Shown: positions 9,915 through 19,072 of the stretch, piece by piece
Layout: the number at the start of each line of letters is the position of its first letter
Numbering within the stretch: the first letter of the stretch is position 1
From: Candidatus Falkowbacteria bacterium RIFOXYD12_FULL_34_57
Lineage (GTDB): Bacteria > Patescibacteriota > Patescibacteriia > Patescibacteriales > UBA12075
NCBI GenBank assembly: GCA_001780285.1
Contig: MFGN01000006.1
Coordinates: 1 to 63,241 of the forward strand
Direction: 5' to 3'
Length of the DNA: 63,241 nt
Program-made: the position numbers and the translations under genes
Notes under the pieces: generated by a model
The model's database searches: none
Seen by the model: only the letters and a program-made list of their open reading frames with translations
Told to the model about the DNA's origin: nothing

Positions 9915-9948
9915 AATTTTTTCTTACAAACTCATAAACCGTGGACGG

Positions 9949-11541
9949 TTATGAATTGCGGATAATCAAAGATTTTCCGCTCATACTTTCAGGTTTTTCT
10001 CTTCTTAATAAGTCTAGAATCGTAGGAGAAATATCGGAGAGAGAGCCATTATTCATTAACTTTATTTTATTCTTTAACTTTTTATTAATGATTATAAATG
10101 GTACTGGGTTTGATGTGTGTTCGGTAAAAATTTCTCCAGTTTTTATATTTATCATTTGATCAATATTGCCATGGTCGGCTGTAATAATAATGGTCCCATT
10201 AACTTTTAGGTAGGCCTCAACAATATCACGAACACATTTATCAATTATTTCACAGCACCCTATTCCGGCTTTTAGGTTTCCAGTATGACCCACCATGTCA
10301 GGGCAAGCAAAATTTATAACAGTAAAATCATACTTCCAGAATATTTTCTTCTTAAAATGAATATTTTGTATTATGCTTTTTACTAATTTTTCCGAACTCA
10401 TACCGGGTGTCATATCGTAAGATCTTACATCCGGAGAAGGAATCATTAATTGTTTCTCACCAGCTACTGTTCCGGCATAGCCCCCATTAAAAAAATAAGT
10501 AACATGGGCATATTTCTCCGTTTCTGCAATATATAATTGTCTAAGATCGGATAATTCCATGGGAAGTGTCTCATCTATATCCACAGAAGGATAGGCTGTT
10601 AAAATCTCATCTAAATCAGGACCAAAGTCGGTCATGGCCACAAAATATAAATGCTCTAATCTTTTAGAGCGCTTAAAGGCTTTTTCGTTCATTTTATTAA
10701 ACCGATTTTGCACAAAAACCTTAGCAAGCTGCCGGCTACGATCAGATCTGAGATTAAAAAATATTACACTATCATTATCTTCAATTCTGGTATTCTTTCC
10801 ATTTTCACTTTCTATAATATATGGCTCAATAAATTCATCACTTTCCCCCCGATTATAAGCTTCAGTAATAGCAGTAGTTGCACTTTCTGCTTTGCGGCCC
10901 TTCCCAAAAACAAGGGCATCAAAAGCCTTTTTTGTTTTTTTCCAATCCTTTTTCCTGTCCATAGCATAAAAACGGCCCATAAGTGTTGCGATTTTAAAAC
11001 CATTGATATTGCTTTTCTCAAATTCTTCTATTAATTTAAGTGAGGAATATTTCGGTGAATCACGCCCATCTGTAAACAGATGCAAAAAAACTTCTTTTAT
11101 TCCTCTTTTTTTAAACAATTTTAATAGAGCGACTAAATGCTTGGGGTCGCTATGTGGGCTTCTGCCATTAGAGAGCATACCCATCACGTGTATTTTAGAA
11201 TTCATTTTTTTAACATGGCGAATCGCCCCTAAAAAAGCCGAATTTTTAAAAAATGTTCCATTATCAATTTCATCGCTAATACGCACCATGTCTTGCTTAA
11301 TTACTCGACCAGCACCAATGTTTACATGGCCGGCTTCACTGTTTCCGGATTGCCACCTAGGAAGTCCCACATATCTACCGTGTGCATGTAGTTTGGTGGA
11401 TGGGTATTTCTTTGTAAGTCCGTTAATTGTCGGGATTTTAGCCAAAGTAATAGCATTGCCCACATTTGGCTTATCAATACCCCAACCGTCCAAAATAATT
11501 AAAATCAACGGAATATTTTCTATCTTCTTTGCTTTTTTCAT
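9949..11541 (-). CDS. gpmI: 2,3-bisphosphoglycerate-independent phosphoglycerate mutase, divergent tandem copy 2
   Basis: The track ORF 9949..11562 begins at a TTG. The ATG at 11539-11541 (MKKAKKIENIPLILIILDGWG) is the likelier start. Motifs ILDGWG, SGNSEAGHVNIGAGR, CPDMVGHTGN, ITADHGNID and EHTSNPVPF are all intact. Confidence 0.9.
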   Translation of the reverse strand: MKKAKKIENIPLILIILDGWGIDKPNVGNAITLAKIPTINGLTKKYPSTKLHAHGRYVGLPRWQSGNSEAGHVNIGAGRVIKQDMVRISDEIDNGTFFKNSAFLGAIRHVKKMNSKIHVMGMLSNGRSPHSDPKHLVALLKLFKKRGIKEVFLHLFTDGRDSPKYSSLKLIEEFEKSNINGFKIATLMGRFYAMDRKKDWKKTKKAFDALVFGKGRKAESATTAITEAYNRGESDEFIEPYIIESENGKNTRIEDNDSVIFFNLRSDRSRQLAKVFVQNRFNKMNEKAFKRSKRLEHLYFVAMTDFGPDLDEILTAYPSVDIDETLPMELSDLRQLYIAETEKYAHVTYFFNGGYAGTVAGEKQLMIPSPDVRSYDMTPGMSSEKLVKSIIQNIHFKKKIFWKYDFTVINFACPDMVGHTGNLKAGIGCCEIIDKCVRDIVEAYLKVNGTIIITADHGNIDQMINIKTGEIFTEHTSNPVPFIIINKKLKNKIKLMNNGSLSDISPTILDLLRREKPESMSGKSLIIRNS

Positions 11542-11623
11542 ATTACTAGTAACGATTAACAATTAACCCCTATTATTGGACCGCAATTATTTGAGGCGGT
11601 AATGAGGAAAATAATTAACTAGT

Positions 11624-12883
11624 TTATTTTATTATTTCCTCCTCTATTTCCATTAAACGATTATATTTAGCGAGTCTTTCTCCGCGAGAAAGCGATCCGG
11701 CTTTTATATAATCAGCGCCGACAGCCACGGATAAATCAGCGATAAAATCATCGCATGTCTCCCCGCTTCGATGTGATGCCATAACTTTATAATTATGTTT
11801 TTGCGCCAATTTTATACACTCTACGGTTTCAGTTAATGTTCCCACTTGATTTGGTTTTATAAGAATCGCATTAGCTGCTTTTTCTTTTAATCCAATGCGT
11901 AATCTATCTAAATTGGTTACAAATAAATCATCTCCTATTAAAAGCATTTCGCTTCCCAATTCCTTGTTTAATTCTCTCCACCCATCCCAATCATCCTCTG
12001 AAAGGCCATCCTCTATGGATATAATCGGAAATTTCCTAAACCACTCATAATAAAGATCAATTAGGGTGTGGCTGGAAAATACAGCCTTATCTAATTTAAA
12101 AATATATTTTTTAGTTTCTTTGTTATAAAGTTCAGATGACCCCACATCTGTACCCAGACCAATATCCTCCCCGGGCTTGTATCCGGCGTTTACAATGGCG
12201 GCTATTATCAGTTCTACTGCCTGAATACTGGAATAAATATTTGGCGCATACCCGCCCTCATTTCCCACATCCGTATCAAATCCGGCCTCACGCAGGACAT
12301 GTCCTAATTCATGAAAAATTTCCGAACCCATGCGCACCTTCTCTGAAAATTTTATGTCCTTTAAAGGCAAAATCATAAATTCTTGAAAATCCAAATTGGT
12401 ATCAGCGTGTTTTCCGCCGTTAAAAATATTAAAAGAGGGGGTTGGTATCTTATTTGGTTTTTTAAATTTATATATATTGGCAATATAGGCATACAACTCT
12501 TCGTTCTGATTTATTGCTGCTGCTCTAGCACATGCCAATGAAACAGAAAGAATCGCATTTGCCCCTAATTTCTTTTTGTTTTTAGTACCGTCTAATTTTA
12601 TCATTTCCTTATCAATTTTTTCTTGGTTTGCAACGGAAACACCTTTTAACTTTTCAAAAATTTTAGTATTTACATTTTCCACTGCCCGCAAAACACCCTT
12701 TCCATTATAACGCTTCTTGTCTCCATCTCGAAGTTCCCACGCTTCATGCATTCCCGTAGAAGCCCCAGATGGCACACTTGCCTTAGTAATAACACCATTA
12801 GTCAAAATAATTTTTGTTTCTATCGTGGGGTTTCCCCGAGAATCCAAAATTTCTCTTGCCTTAATTTGTTTTATTTTACTCAT
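11624..12883 (-). CDS. eno: Enolase
   Basis: 419 aa. Starts MSKIKQIKAREILDSRGNPTIETKI. Also has SGASTGMHEA, DDLFVTN, KPNQVGTLTET and SHRSGET. Confidence 0.96.
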   Translation of the reverse strand: MSKIKQIKAREILDSRGNPTIETKIILTNGVITKASVPSGASTGMHEAWELRDGDKKRYNGKGVLRAVENVNTKIFEKLKGVSVANQEKIDKEMIKLDGTKNKKKLGANAILSVSLACARAAAINQNEELYAYIANIYKFKKPNKIPTPSFNIFNGGKHADTNLDFQEFMILPLKDIKFSEKVRMGSEIFHELGHVLREAGFDTDVGNEGGYAPNIYSSIQAVELIIAAIVNAGYKPGEDIGLGTDVGSSELYNKETKKYIFKLDKAVFSSHTLIDLYYEWFRKFPIISIEDGLSEDDWDGWRELNKELGSEMLLIGDDLFVTNLDRLRIGLKEKAANAILIKPNQVGTLTETVECIKLAQKHNYKVMASHRSGETCDDFIADLSVAVGADYIKAGSLSRGERLAKYNRLMEIEEEIIK

Positions 12884-12930
12884 AGATAAAAAATTTAAAA
12901 AATGATAACACGCTTGAATGTTAACATAAA

Positions 12931-13482
12931 TTAAAATGCTATTATTTTTATAATATCGTCACTATTATATTGCCCATCTCCCACGCCATCGGGACCATAA
13001 GAACCGACAACAACCACATTGTGGCATCCTCCGCCCCCATTACACGGTTCATTGCTGGCATTAACACTGTAATCTGTATCAAAAAAATATTCATTTCCCC
13101 AAGAATCTAAAGGTACTTGCGCCATATATGGTCCAGACCAATTTGGAAAATTACCATCCGTTGCCTCAAGCCCTGCTCGAGGATCAGATAATCCATAAGC
13201 GCAGCCGTCGCTGCAAATTTCATTGCCGGCGGGACAACCTCCTGGTCGATCAGTACACACCACCTCAAAGGGCTGTAAACCGGGCCAATAACCCGTATCA
13301 TTCGCCATAACCCCCATGGCGCGAAAAATTGTATCCACCTCATGTTCGGCTTTAGCAATTTTTGATTTTGTTTGAGCTACCCTTACGCCAACTACGGCCA
13401 TCGTGGTTAAAAGTCCAATAATCGCAATAGTGACCAATAACTCAACCAAAGAGAAACCTTTCTGTAATTTTATAAATTTCAT
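12931..13482 (-). CDS. Type IV pilin-like / GspG-like pseudopilin
   Basis: The N-terminus MKFIKLQKGFSLVELLVTIAIIGLL has a prepilin peptidase site (KG|FSLVE) and a hydrophobic helix. The C-terminal part has DSWGNEYFFD...GSYGPDG..DG...SDDI, which resembles GspG/PulG. Confidence 0.8.
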   Translation of the reverse strand: MKFIKLQKGFSLVELLVTIAIIGLLTTMAVVGVRVAQTKSKIAKAEHEVDTIFRAMGVMANDTGYWPGLQPFEVVCTDRPGGCPAGNEICSDGCAYGLSDPRAGLEATDGNFPNWSGPYMAQVPLDSWGNEYFFDTDYSVNASNEPCNGGGGCHNVVVVGSYGPDGVGDGQYNSDDIIKIIAF

Positions 13483-13492
13483 AAGTTTTTTA

Positions 13493-14125
13493 CTATTTAT
13501 AATTAAAACTGCATTTATTATTAATGCATTTACAATTTAATCCAGCTGAGGGATCCCACAGAGAAGCATCACAAGTTTTTTTTAATTTTGAAATTATATT
13601 TTCATTGTTTTGATTTTGGTTGGCACAAAACATCTGGCAGCTATTGGTGGAAATATATTTACTACAATCAATATCCGTGTCACACCTAAAATCAAGCTTA
13701 TCGGTTGGTTCAATTTTTGGTAATTTTGATAAACCCAGAACACCGGGGCAATCGGCAAAATCACACTCCGGAGGAATACGATTCACGATAGAGCCATCTG
13801 TGCATACCCTCATATCCATACGACACTGATATTTTTCTTTAAAAACTTTCACAAAATCCAAAGAACTAGCCTGATCATCGGCATAATAAAAATAATAGCC
13901 TAAAGCGGCGCACACCACCGCAAAAAATATTACCACCAAGACTCCGGAGGTGGAATATATTTTATTAAAAAATTTTCCCTTAGCCCGAAGCTTTTCTATT
14001 CTTTTCTCAAAACTATCAACATCTTTTATGCCGGGTTCTTTTTGTAAAACTGAAACAATGGGCCCAGTAGCCTTGTTAATACTTTCTAAAATATCACCTT
14101 GTTTATGTTTTTTTTCTTTTAACAT
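13493..14125 (-). CDS. Single-pass membrane protein with Cys-rich ectodomain (hypothetical)
   Basis: 210 aa with one TM helix (GVLVVIFFAVVCAALGYYFYY) followed by 12 Cys. It is 10 nt upstream of the pseudopilin gene on the same strand. Confidence 0.6.
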   Translation of the reverse strand: MLKEKKHKQGDILESINKATGPIVSVLQKEPGIKDVDSFEKRIEKLRAKGKFFNKIYSTSGVLVVIFFAVVCAALGYYFYYADDQASSLDFVKVFKEKYQCRMDMRVCTDGSIVNRIPPECDFADCPGVLGLSKLPKIEPTDKLDFRCDTDIDCSKYISTNSCQMFCANQNQNNENIISKLKKTCDASLWDPSAGLNCKCINNKCSFNYK

Positions 14126-14236
14126 GTAAAATAAATCTTAAAACTAAAAATAATTTCTATCAATATTTTAAATTTTAGCTGTTATTCTTAGCTTTTCACT
14201 CTTAATTTTTAGTTTTTATAGAAATGTATAAAATAA

Positions 14237-15406
14237 TTATCTGGTTACTATTTTTCTAAGTCCCGGCATTTTTTTCTTTCCCAAGAAAGCCAGGCTCGCT
14301 CCTCCGCCGGTTGATGCCCAATCTACAGCGTCAATCATTTTGGTTTTTTGCAAAGCCTCAATGGTTTCTCCTCCACCCACCACCCCAAAAGCTTTTCCGC
14401 GCGATCTGCCGGCAATCACATTAGCCATCGCCATAGTGCCGTGGTGGAAACCATTTTCCTCAAATAATCCCATTGGCCCGTTCCAAATAATTGTATTAGC
14501 TTTTTTTATAATATCGCTAAAAAGCTTTATGGTCTTTGGGCCAATGTCATAAATATAATCTCCTTTGTTTATATTTATAAGATCTTTCGCTACCGGGTTC
14601 TTGGCGCCCTTAACAGCGCTGATTACCACATCTACGGGCAGGACAATTTTTTTGTTTTTAAACTTTTGAGCAAATTTCAAACTCTCTTTATCGGTCAACG
14701 ACTTTCCAATTTCAAAATCATGAATGCGAAAAAAATTATTAGCGAGCGCTCCTCCGACCAATATCTTGTCCGCTTTTCTGTAAAAAGCCTTAATTAAAGG
14801 AACTTTGGTTTTTATCTTATTTCCCCCAATTACTAATACAAAGGGTTTTTTAGCATCAAAAACCTTGCTTAAATTCAAAACCTCTTTTTCAAGCAAAAGA
14901 CCAGCAAAGGCTGGCAAGTATTTTTGAATAGCGGACAGTGATGCATGGGCTCTATGAGATACGCCAAAAGCATCATTTACATAAACATCTCCGAGCTTGG
15001 CTAAATTTTTGGCTAAATTTTTGCTATTTTTTTCCTCTCCCGGCTCAAATCTAATATTTTCAAATGCCACAATGTCGCCGTTTTTCATATAACTCGCAAC
15101 GCTACCGCCCTCAAAACCGGAAATATTTTTTATAATTTTTATATCCCTACACAACTCCTCCTCTAAAATATCTATTACCGGTCTAATTGATAAATCCTTC
15201 TTAAATTTTCCCTCGGGCCGGCCCAGGTGAGTAATTAAAATAATCTTACATTTTTTTTCAAGCAAAAATTCAATAGTGGGAAGCTGTCTTTTAATCTTGT
15301 AATCATTCAAGACTACCCCATTCTTGATTGGCACATTAAAATCAACTCTCAATACCACCCTTTTTCCCTCAATATTTTTAGCTTGTTTTATAGACTTTAC
15401 TTTCAT
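14237..15406 (-). CDS. pgk: Phosphoglycerate kinase
   Basis: 389 aa. Has RVDFNVP, ILITHLGRP, NDAFGVSHRAHAS, WNGPMGLFE and STGGGASL. Confidence 0.96.
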   Translation of the reverse strand: MKVKSIKQAKNIEGKRVVLRVDFNVPIKNGVVLNDYKIKRQLPTIEFLLEKKCKIILITHLGRPEGKFKKDLSIRPVIDILEEELCRDIKIIKNISGFEGGSVASYMKNGDIVAFENIRFEPGEEKNSKNLAKNLAKLGDVYVNDAFGVSHRAHASLSAIQKYLPAFAGLLLEKEVLNLSKVFDAKKPFVLVIGGNKIKTKVPLIKAFYRKADKILVGGALANNFFRIHDFEIGKSLTDKESLKFAQKFKNKKIVLPVDVVISAVKGAKNPVAKDLININKGDYIYDIGPKTIKLFSDIIKKANTIIWNGPMGLFEENGFHHGTMAMANVIAGRSRGKAFGVVGGGETIEALQKTKMIDAVDWASTGGGASLAFLGKKKMPGLRKIVTR

Positions 15407-15604
15407 AAAAATAACAAATATTTACCTTTATAATAAAAACATATTTTATACACATTTCCTATATATTATACCACATATAAACATCAAAAACAAAATCATT
15501 CTTTAAAAATCATTGACAAAAAATATAAACTATGTTAATTTTTGAAATATAATAAAAATAACATCGGCTCATTAACAAAATAATTTTAAAAAAGGGGGGA
15601 AATT

Positions 15605-17077
15605 ATGATTTTTGGGTTATTTGCAACATCTTTTATTTTTATTTTTTTTATGGGGTTTTTACTGGTAATTATGGGCCCTAATAATTTTTTTCAATTTTTG
15701 AGACAAATTCTTAAAGATAAAAAATGTATTGCTGTAATCATTCTTCTGTTCTTTTTTCTAACTCTTGGATTCAGGGCTGTAAAACTAAATGAGGAGGAAA
15801 AAGCAACACAACTCACCGTTCAAAAAACTGAAAAAACCATGATTAGTGATCCAAAACTGTTGACTTCCGCCACGGAAGAAAAAAAAATAGAACCCCCAAA
15901 GACCGATAAAATCGAGGGAGGGAAACCAATCGCATCAACTACAGAGACAAGTAATGGGGCGGTATCATTAATCGGCAAAAAAATTGCCGGCACCCATCCA
16001 TTAAAAACCTTATCCAATCATAATAATGTTGCTTTTTCCTATTTTCAAAACTCGGATGTTCCAAATTGTAGATACACCACCCAACACACCATAGTTGAGT
16101 TTTCCTGGCGAAAAGAAGGTGAAATTCATTATCTGCCCGTATCCAAATTTAAGATTATAGAAAAAAAAGACGGTCCAAGTGTTCCGGTAGCTAAATTCAG
16201 ATGGAAAGTCCGGGGAGAAGAGGGTGTTGATAAAGACATACCTAAAATAATGGAAGAAAATATTATTTATATAGAGATTACCGGACAATCTGGCTTTTGG
16301 CCTTTTGATCGTCAATACGCCGAAAACATTGAGGTGCTGAGCAGTAAAATCAGCCAAAAGTTAAAGGGGATGCGCACCCTAGAGCCTCTGAGGAACAGTT
16401 CAAACACAATTCTATCCAGCAACACATATTTCGATAGTTTTGGACGCGATAAAAACTTGATAAATGCTTATAGCAAGATACGATTTAATACTACTTTCGA
16501 AAACGGCATCACGCAGTTTTGTGTCATACCCTGCGGCAAACTAAAGGTTAAAATAGTAGACAATATCGCAACTCCGGTATTTAGGTCAAGGTGGGCGGTA
16601 CTAACCGGAGAAGGAAGCACCGAAAAACCTATTACTAAAATATTAGAAGAAAATATTATTTTCTTTGAAGTTATCTGTACCCGCGATCAATGGCCGTTTC
16701 GCTATATCCCAAACGGAAAGTATAAAAAATTAACCGGGGAGATCAATGTTTTACTTTCTCAAAATTATTATTTAGAACAAATAAACCCAAACCAAGAAAA
16801 TACGATTAATCCTCTCCAAAAATATTTTGACTCCGAAGAAGAAATGGTGAAATTTGTTCTAAAATTTGAAGAAAAAATAAAGTTTGAACTAAGGTTTCCG
16901 CTTAGTAAATTCCAGGTTGAATTCACAGAAGATAAGCATTCACCAATTATAGGATTTAATTTTAAAGAACACAAAGAAAACTGTACCATTAAAAAATCAC
17001 TTATAGAAAAAGATTGTTTTAAAAAGAATATGGATAGTATTAAAATAATCTGCAACAAAAAGGACTGGCCTTTCTAG
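15605..17077 (+). CDS. Membrane-anchored hypothetical protein with three internal repeats ending in WPF
   Basis: 490 aa. GGGGG at 15594-15598 precedes the ATG. Two N-terminal TM helices. Repeated blocks are KIMEENIIYIEITGQSGFWPFDRQY, KILEENIIFFEVICTRDQWPFRYIP and DSIKIICNKKDWPF*. A TTGACA-17-TAATTT promoter-like site lies at about 15519-15547. Confidence 0.7.
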   Translation: MIFGLFATSFIFIFFMGFLLVIMGPNNFFQFLRQILKDKKCIAVIILLFFFLTLGFRAVKLNEEEKATQLTVQKTEKTMISDPKLLTSATEEKKIEPPKTDKIEGGKPIASTTETSNGAVSLIGKKIAGTHPLKTLSNHNNVAFSYFQNSDVPNCRYTTQHTIVEFSWRKEGEIHYLPVSKFKIIEKKDGPSVPVAKFRWKVRGEEGVDKDIPKIMEENIIYIEITGQSGFWPFDRQYAENIEVLSSKISQKLKGMRTLEPLRNSSNTILSSNTYFDSFGRDKNLINAYSKIRFNTTFENGITQFCVIPCGKLKVKIVDNIATPVFRSRWAVLTGEGSTEKPITKILEENIIFFEVICTRDQWPFRYIPNGKYKKLTGEINVLLSQNYYLEQINPNQENTINPLQKYFDSEEEMVKFVLKFEEKIKFELRFPLSKFQVEFTEDKHSPIIGFNFKEHKENCTIKKSLIEKDCFKKNMDSIKIICNKKDWPF

Positions 17078-17093
17078 GTATATCAAAAACAAA

Positions 17094-17118
17094 AAACGGG
17101 AAAAATTCCCGTTTTTTT
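17094..17118 (+). terminator. Intrinsic terminator after 15605..17077
   Basis: aaaacgggaaaaattcccgttttttt. Confidence 0.8.
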
Positions 17119-17140
17119 ATTATAGCAAAATATAGATTTA

Positions 17141-17167
17141 AAAAGAGGTGTGTTTTTACACCTCTTT
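17141..17167 (-). terminator. Intrinsic terminator after rseP
   Basis: Minus strand: agaggtgtaaaaacacacctct followed by ttttt. Confidence 0.7.
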
Positions 17168-17176
17168 ATCTTAGTT

Positions 17177-18232
17177 TTAAAAAAAGAAATTCAGAAAATC
17201 ATTTCCAACCGTAAAAACCATCAAGGCAACCAATAACAATACTCCCGCCACATTCAAACACTTTTCAATGGTTTTATTTACCGGTCTGCTGATTACTCCC
17301 TCTATTGTGTAAATCAGCAAATGTCCGCCATCAAGAGCGGGAATAGGAAAAAGGTTAATAACCCCCAAACAAACACTAATAATAGCTATAAACCACAGAA
17401 ATGACTTAAGTCCATATTTGGCTGTTTCAGCAGATGCTTTTGCAATCATAATCGGTCCACCCAAGTTATCCCTAGCAGATAATTCTCCAGTAACCATTTT
17501 TTTAATGCCAAGGAGATTTAATTTACCAACTTCATATGTGTCTTTAATTCCGGATTGAACTGATGATATAATCCCTAAGCGAACTGTCTCAACTTTAAAA
17601 ACAACCCCCATAACCTTCATATCCATTTCTTTCCCAGTAATATTTTTACCTTTAACAATTTGTGGATTGATTCGCAAAATCAAACTTTCTTTATTCCTTT
17701 CTACTAAAACATCAATATCACCTTTGGCGCTATGCAGCTCTAATCTAATATCGTTAAAGGTGGAAATATTATTATCATTTATTTTTAAAATCCTATCTCC
17801 AATCTGCATGCCAACATCTTTTGCTGGACTATTTTCCGTAAATTCTACCACTATCGGATAAAAAACCTGTCTTTCAGAAGTCATATTGAGCCCAGAAAAT
17901 ATCACAATTGCCAATAAAAAATTAAATGTAACTCCCATAGCTACAATAATAAATTTTTTCCATAATTTCTGATAAACAAAAGACACGGCTATTTCTTCTT
18001 CGCTGCATATAAAGTTTGAGTCTTCTCCAAACATTTTTACATATCCGCCAAGCGGAACAAGAGAAAGACGGTACTCTGTTTCTCCAATTCTTTTCTTGAG
18101 TAATGCGGGACCAAAGCCAATCGAAAAAGCTTCTACTCTAACCCCAAATTTTTTAGCTGCTAAAAAGTGCCCCATTTCATGAACAAAAACCAAAACACCG
18201 ATAACAATAATAAAATAAAACATTGCGTCCAT
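17177..18232 (-). CDS. rseP: Site-2 (RIP) zinc metalloprotease, M50 family
   Basis: 351 aa. Has the HEMGH motif (VFVHEMGHFLAAKKFGV), a central PDZ-like segment and NLFPIPALDGGH. It is polytopic. Confidence 0.9.
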   Translation of the reverse strand: MDAMFYFIIVIGVLVFVHEMGHFLAAKKFGVRVEAFSIGFGPALLKKRIGETEYRLSLVPLGGYVKMFGEDSNFICSEEEIAVSFVYQKLWKKFIIVAMGVTFNFLLAIVIFSGLNMTSERQVFYPIVVEFTENSPAKDVGMQIGDRILKINDNNISTFNDIRLELHSAKGDIDVLVERNKESLILRINPQIVKGKNITGKEMDMKVMGVVFKVETVRLGIISSVQSGIKDTYEVGKLNLLGIKKMVTGELSARDNLGGPIMIAKASAETAKYGLKSFLWFIAIISVCLGVINLFPIPALDGGHLLIYTIEGVISRPVNKTIEKCLNVAGVLLLVALMVFTVGNDFLNFFF

Positions 18233-18441
18233 TTCAAATCTCCTTGTTTTTATTAATCTTTATTGTAAATGTACTTGTTTTAATTTTAGATATTATCACA
18301 AAAAACAATATATGTCAAACCAAAAAATTATTTTTGTGCTATAATATGAATTGGGACTTATACGTTTAAAAACTTTATATTTACCACAAACAACCCCTTG
18401 CTCCCCCTAAAAATTTTTAAATAACATATTTAATATTAAAT

Positions 18442-19026
18442 ATGAAGAATACAAAACAAATCATCCTCGCTTCCAGCTCTCCGAGGCGCAGACAACTTTT
18501 AACTCAGGTTGGCCTAAAATTCAAAGTTGCAAAAAGCAATTATGAAGAAGATATGTCTCAAAAGATGAAACCAGCACAAATGGTAAAAACATTTTCTCTT
18601 GGCAAGGCGCGTGATGTAGCCCAAAGATATAAAAATGCCATTATTGTCGGTTCTGATACTATTGTCGTTTATAATAATAAAAAACTAGGAAAACCCAAAT
18701 CCCCCGCCGAAGCTAAAAAGATGCTAAAAATGCTCTCCAATAAAGCCCATACTGTCTTGACCGGGATTACTGTCATCAATTCTAAAACCGGTAAAACTAT
18801 TACCGATTATGAAGCCACTAAAGTATATTTTAAAAAATTAACTCCTTCTGAGATTAATAACTATGTAAAATCGGGTGAACCATTAGACAAAGCCGGTTCA
18901 TACGGAATTCAGGAACTAGGCGCTACTATTATCAAAAAAATAGACGGGGATTATTTTACAGTAGTCGGATTGCCATTAGTTAAATTGACTAAGATATTAA
19001 AAAAATTTGGAATAAAAGTGTTGTAA
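18442..19026 (+). CDS. maf: Maf-like nucleoside triphosphate pyrophosphatase
   Basis: 194 aa. Has IILASSSPRRRQLL, GSDTIV and KAGSYGIQ. An extended -10 (tgcTATAAT) lies at about 18337-18345. Confidence 0.9.
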   Translation: MKNTKQIILASSSPRRRQLLTQVGLKFKVAKSNYEEDMSQKMKPAQMVKTFSLGKARDVAQRYKNAIIVGSDTIVVYNNKKLGKPKSPAEAKKMLKMLSNKAHTVLTGITVINSKTGKTITDYEATKVYFKKLTPSEINNYVKSGEPLDKAGSYGIQELGATIIKKIDGDYFTVVGLPLVKLTKILKKFGIKVL

Positions 19027-19072
19027 ATATTCTCTATTTTTTCGGAATATCATTCTTTCTAAAATAAATTTT

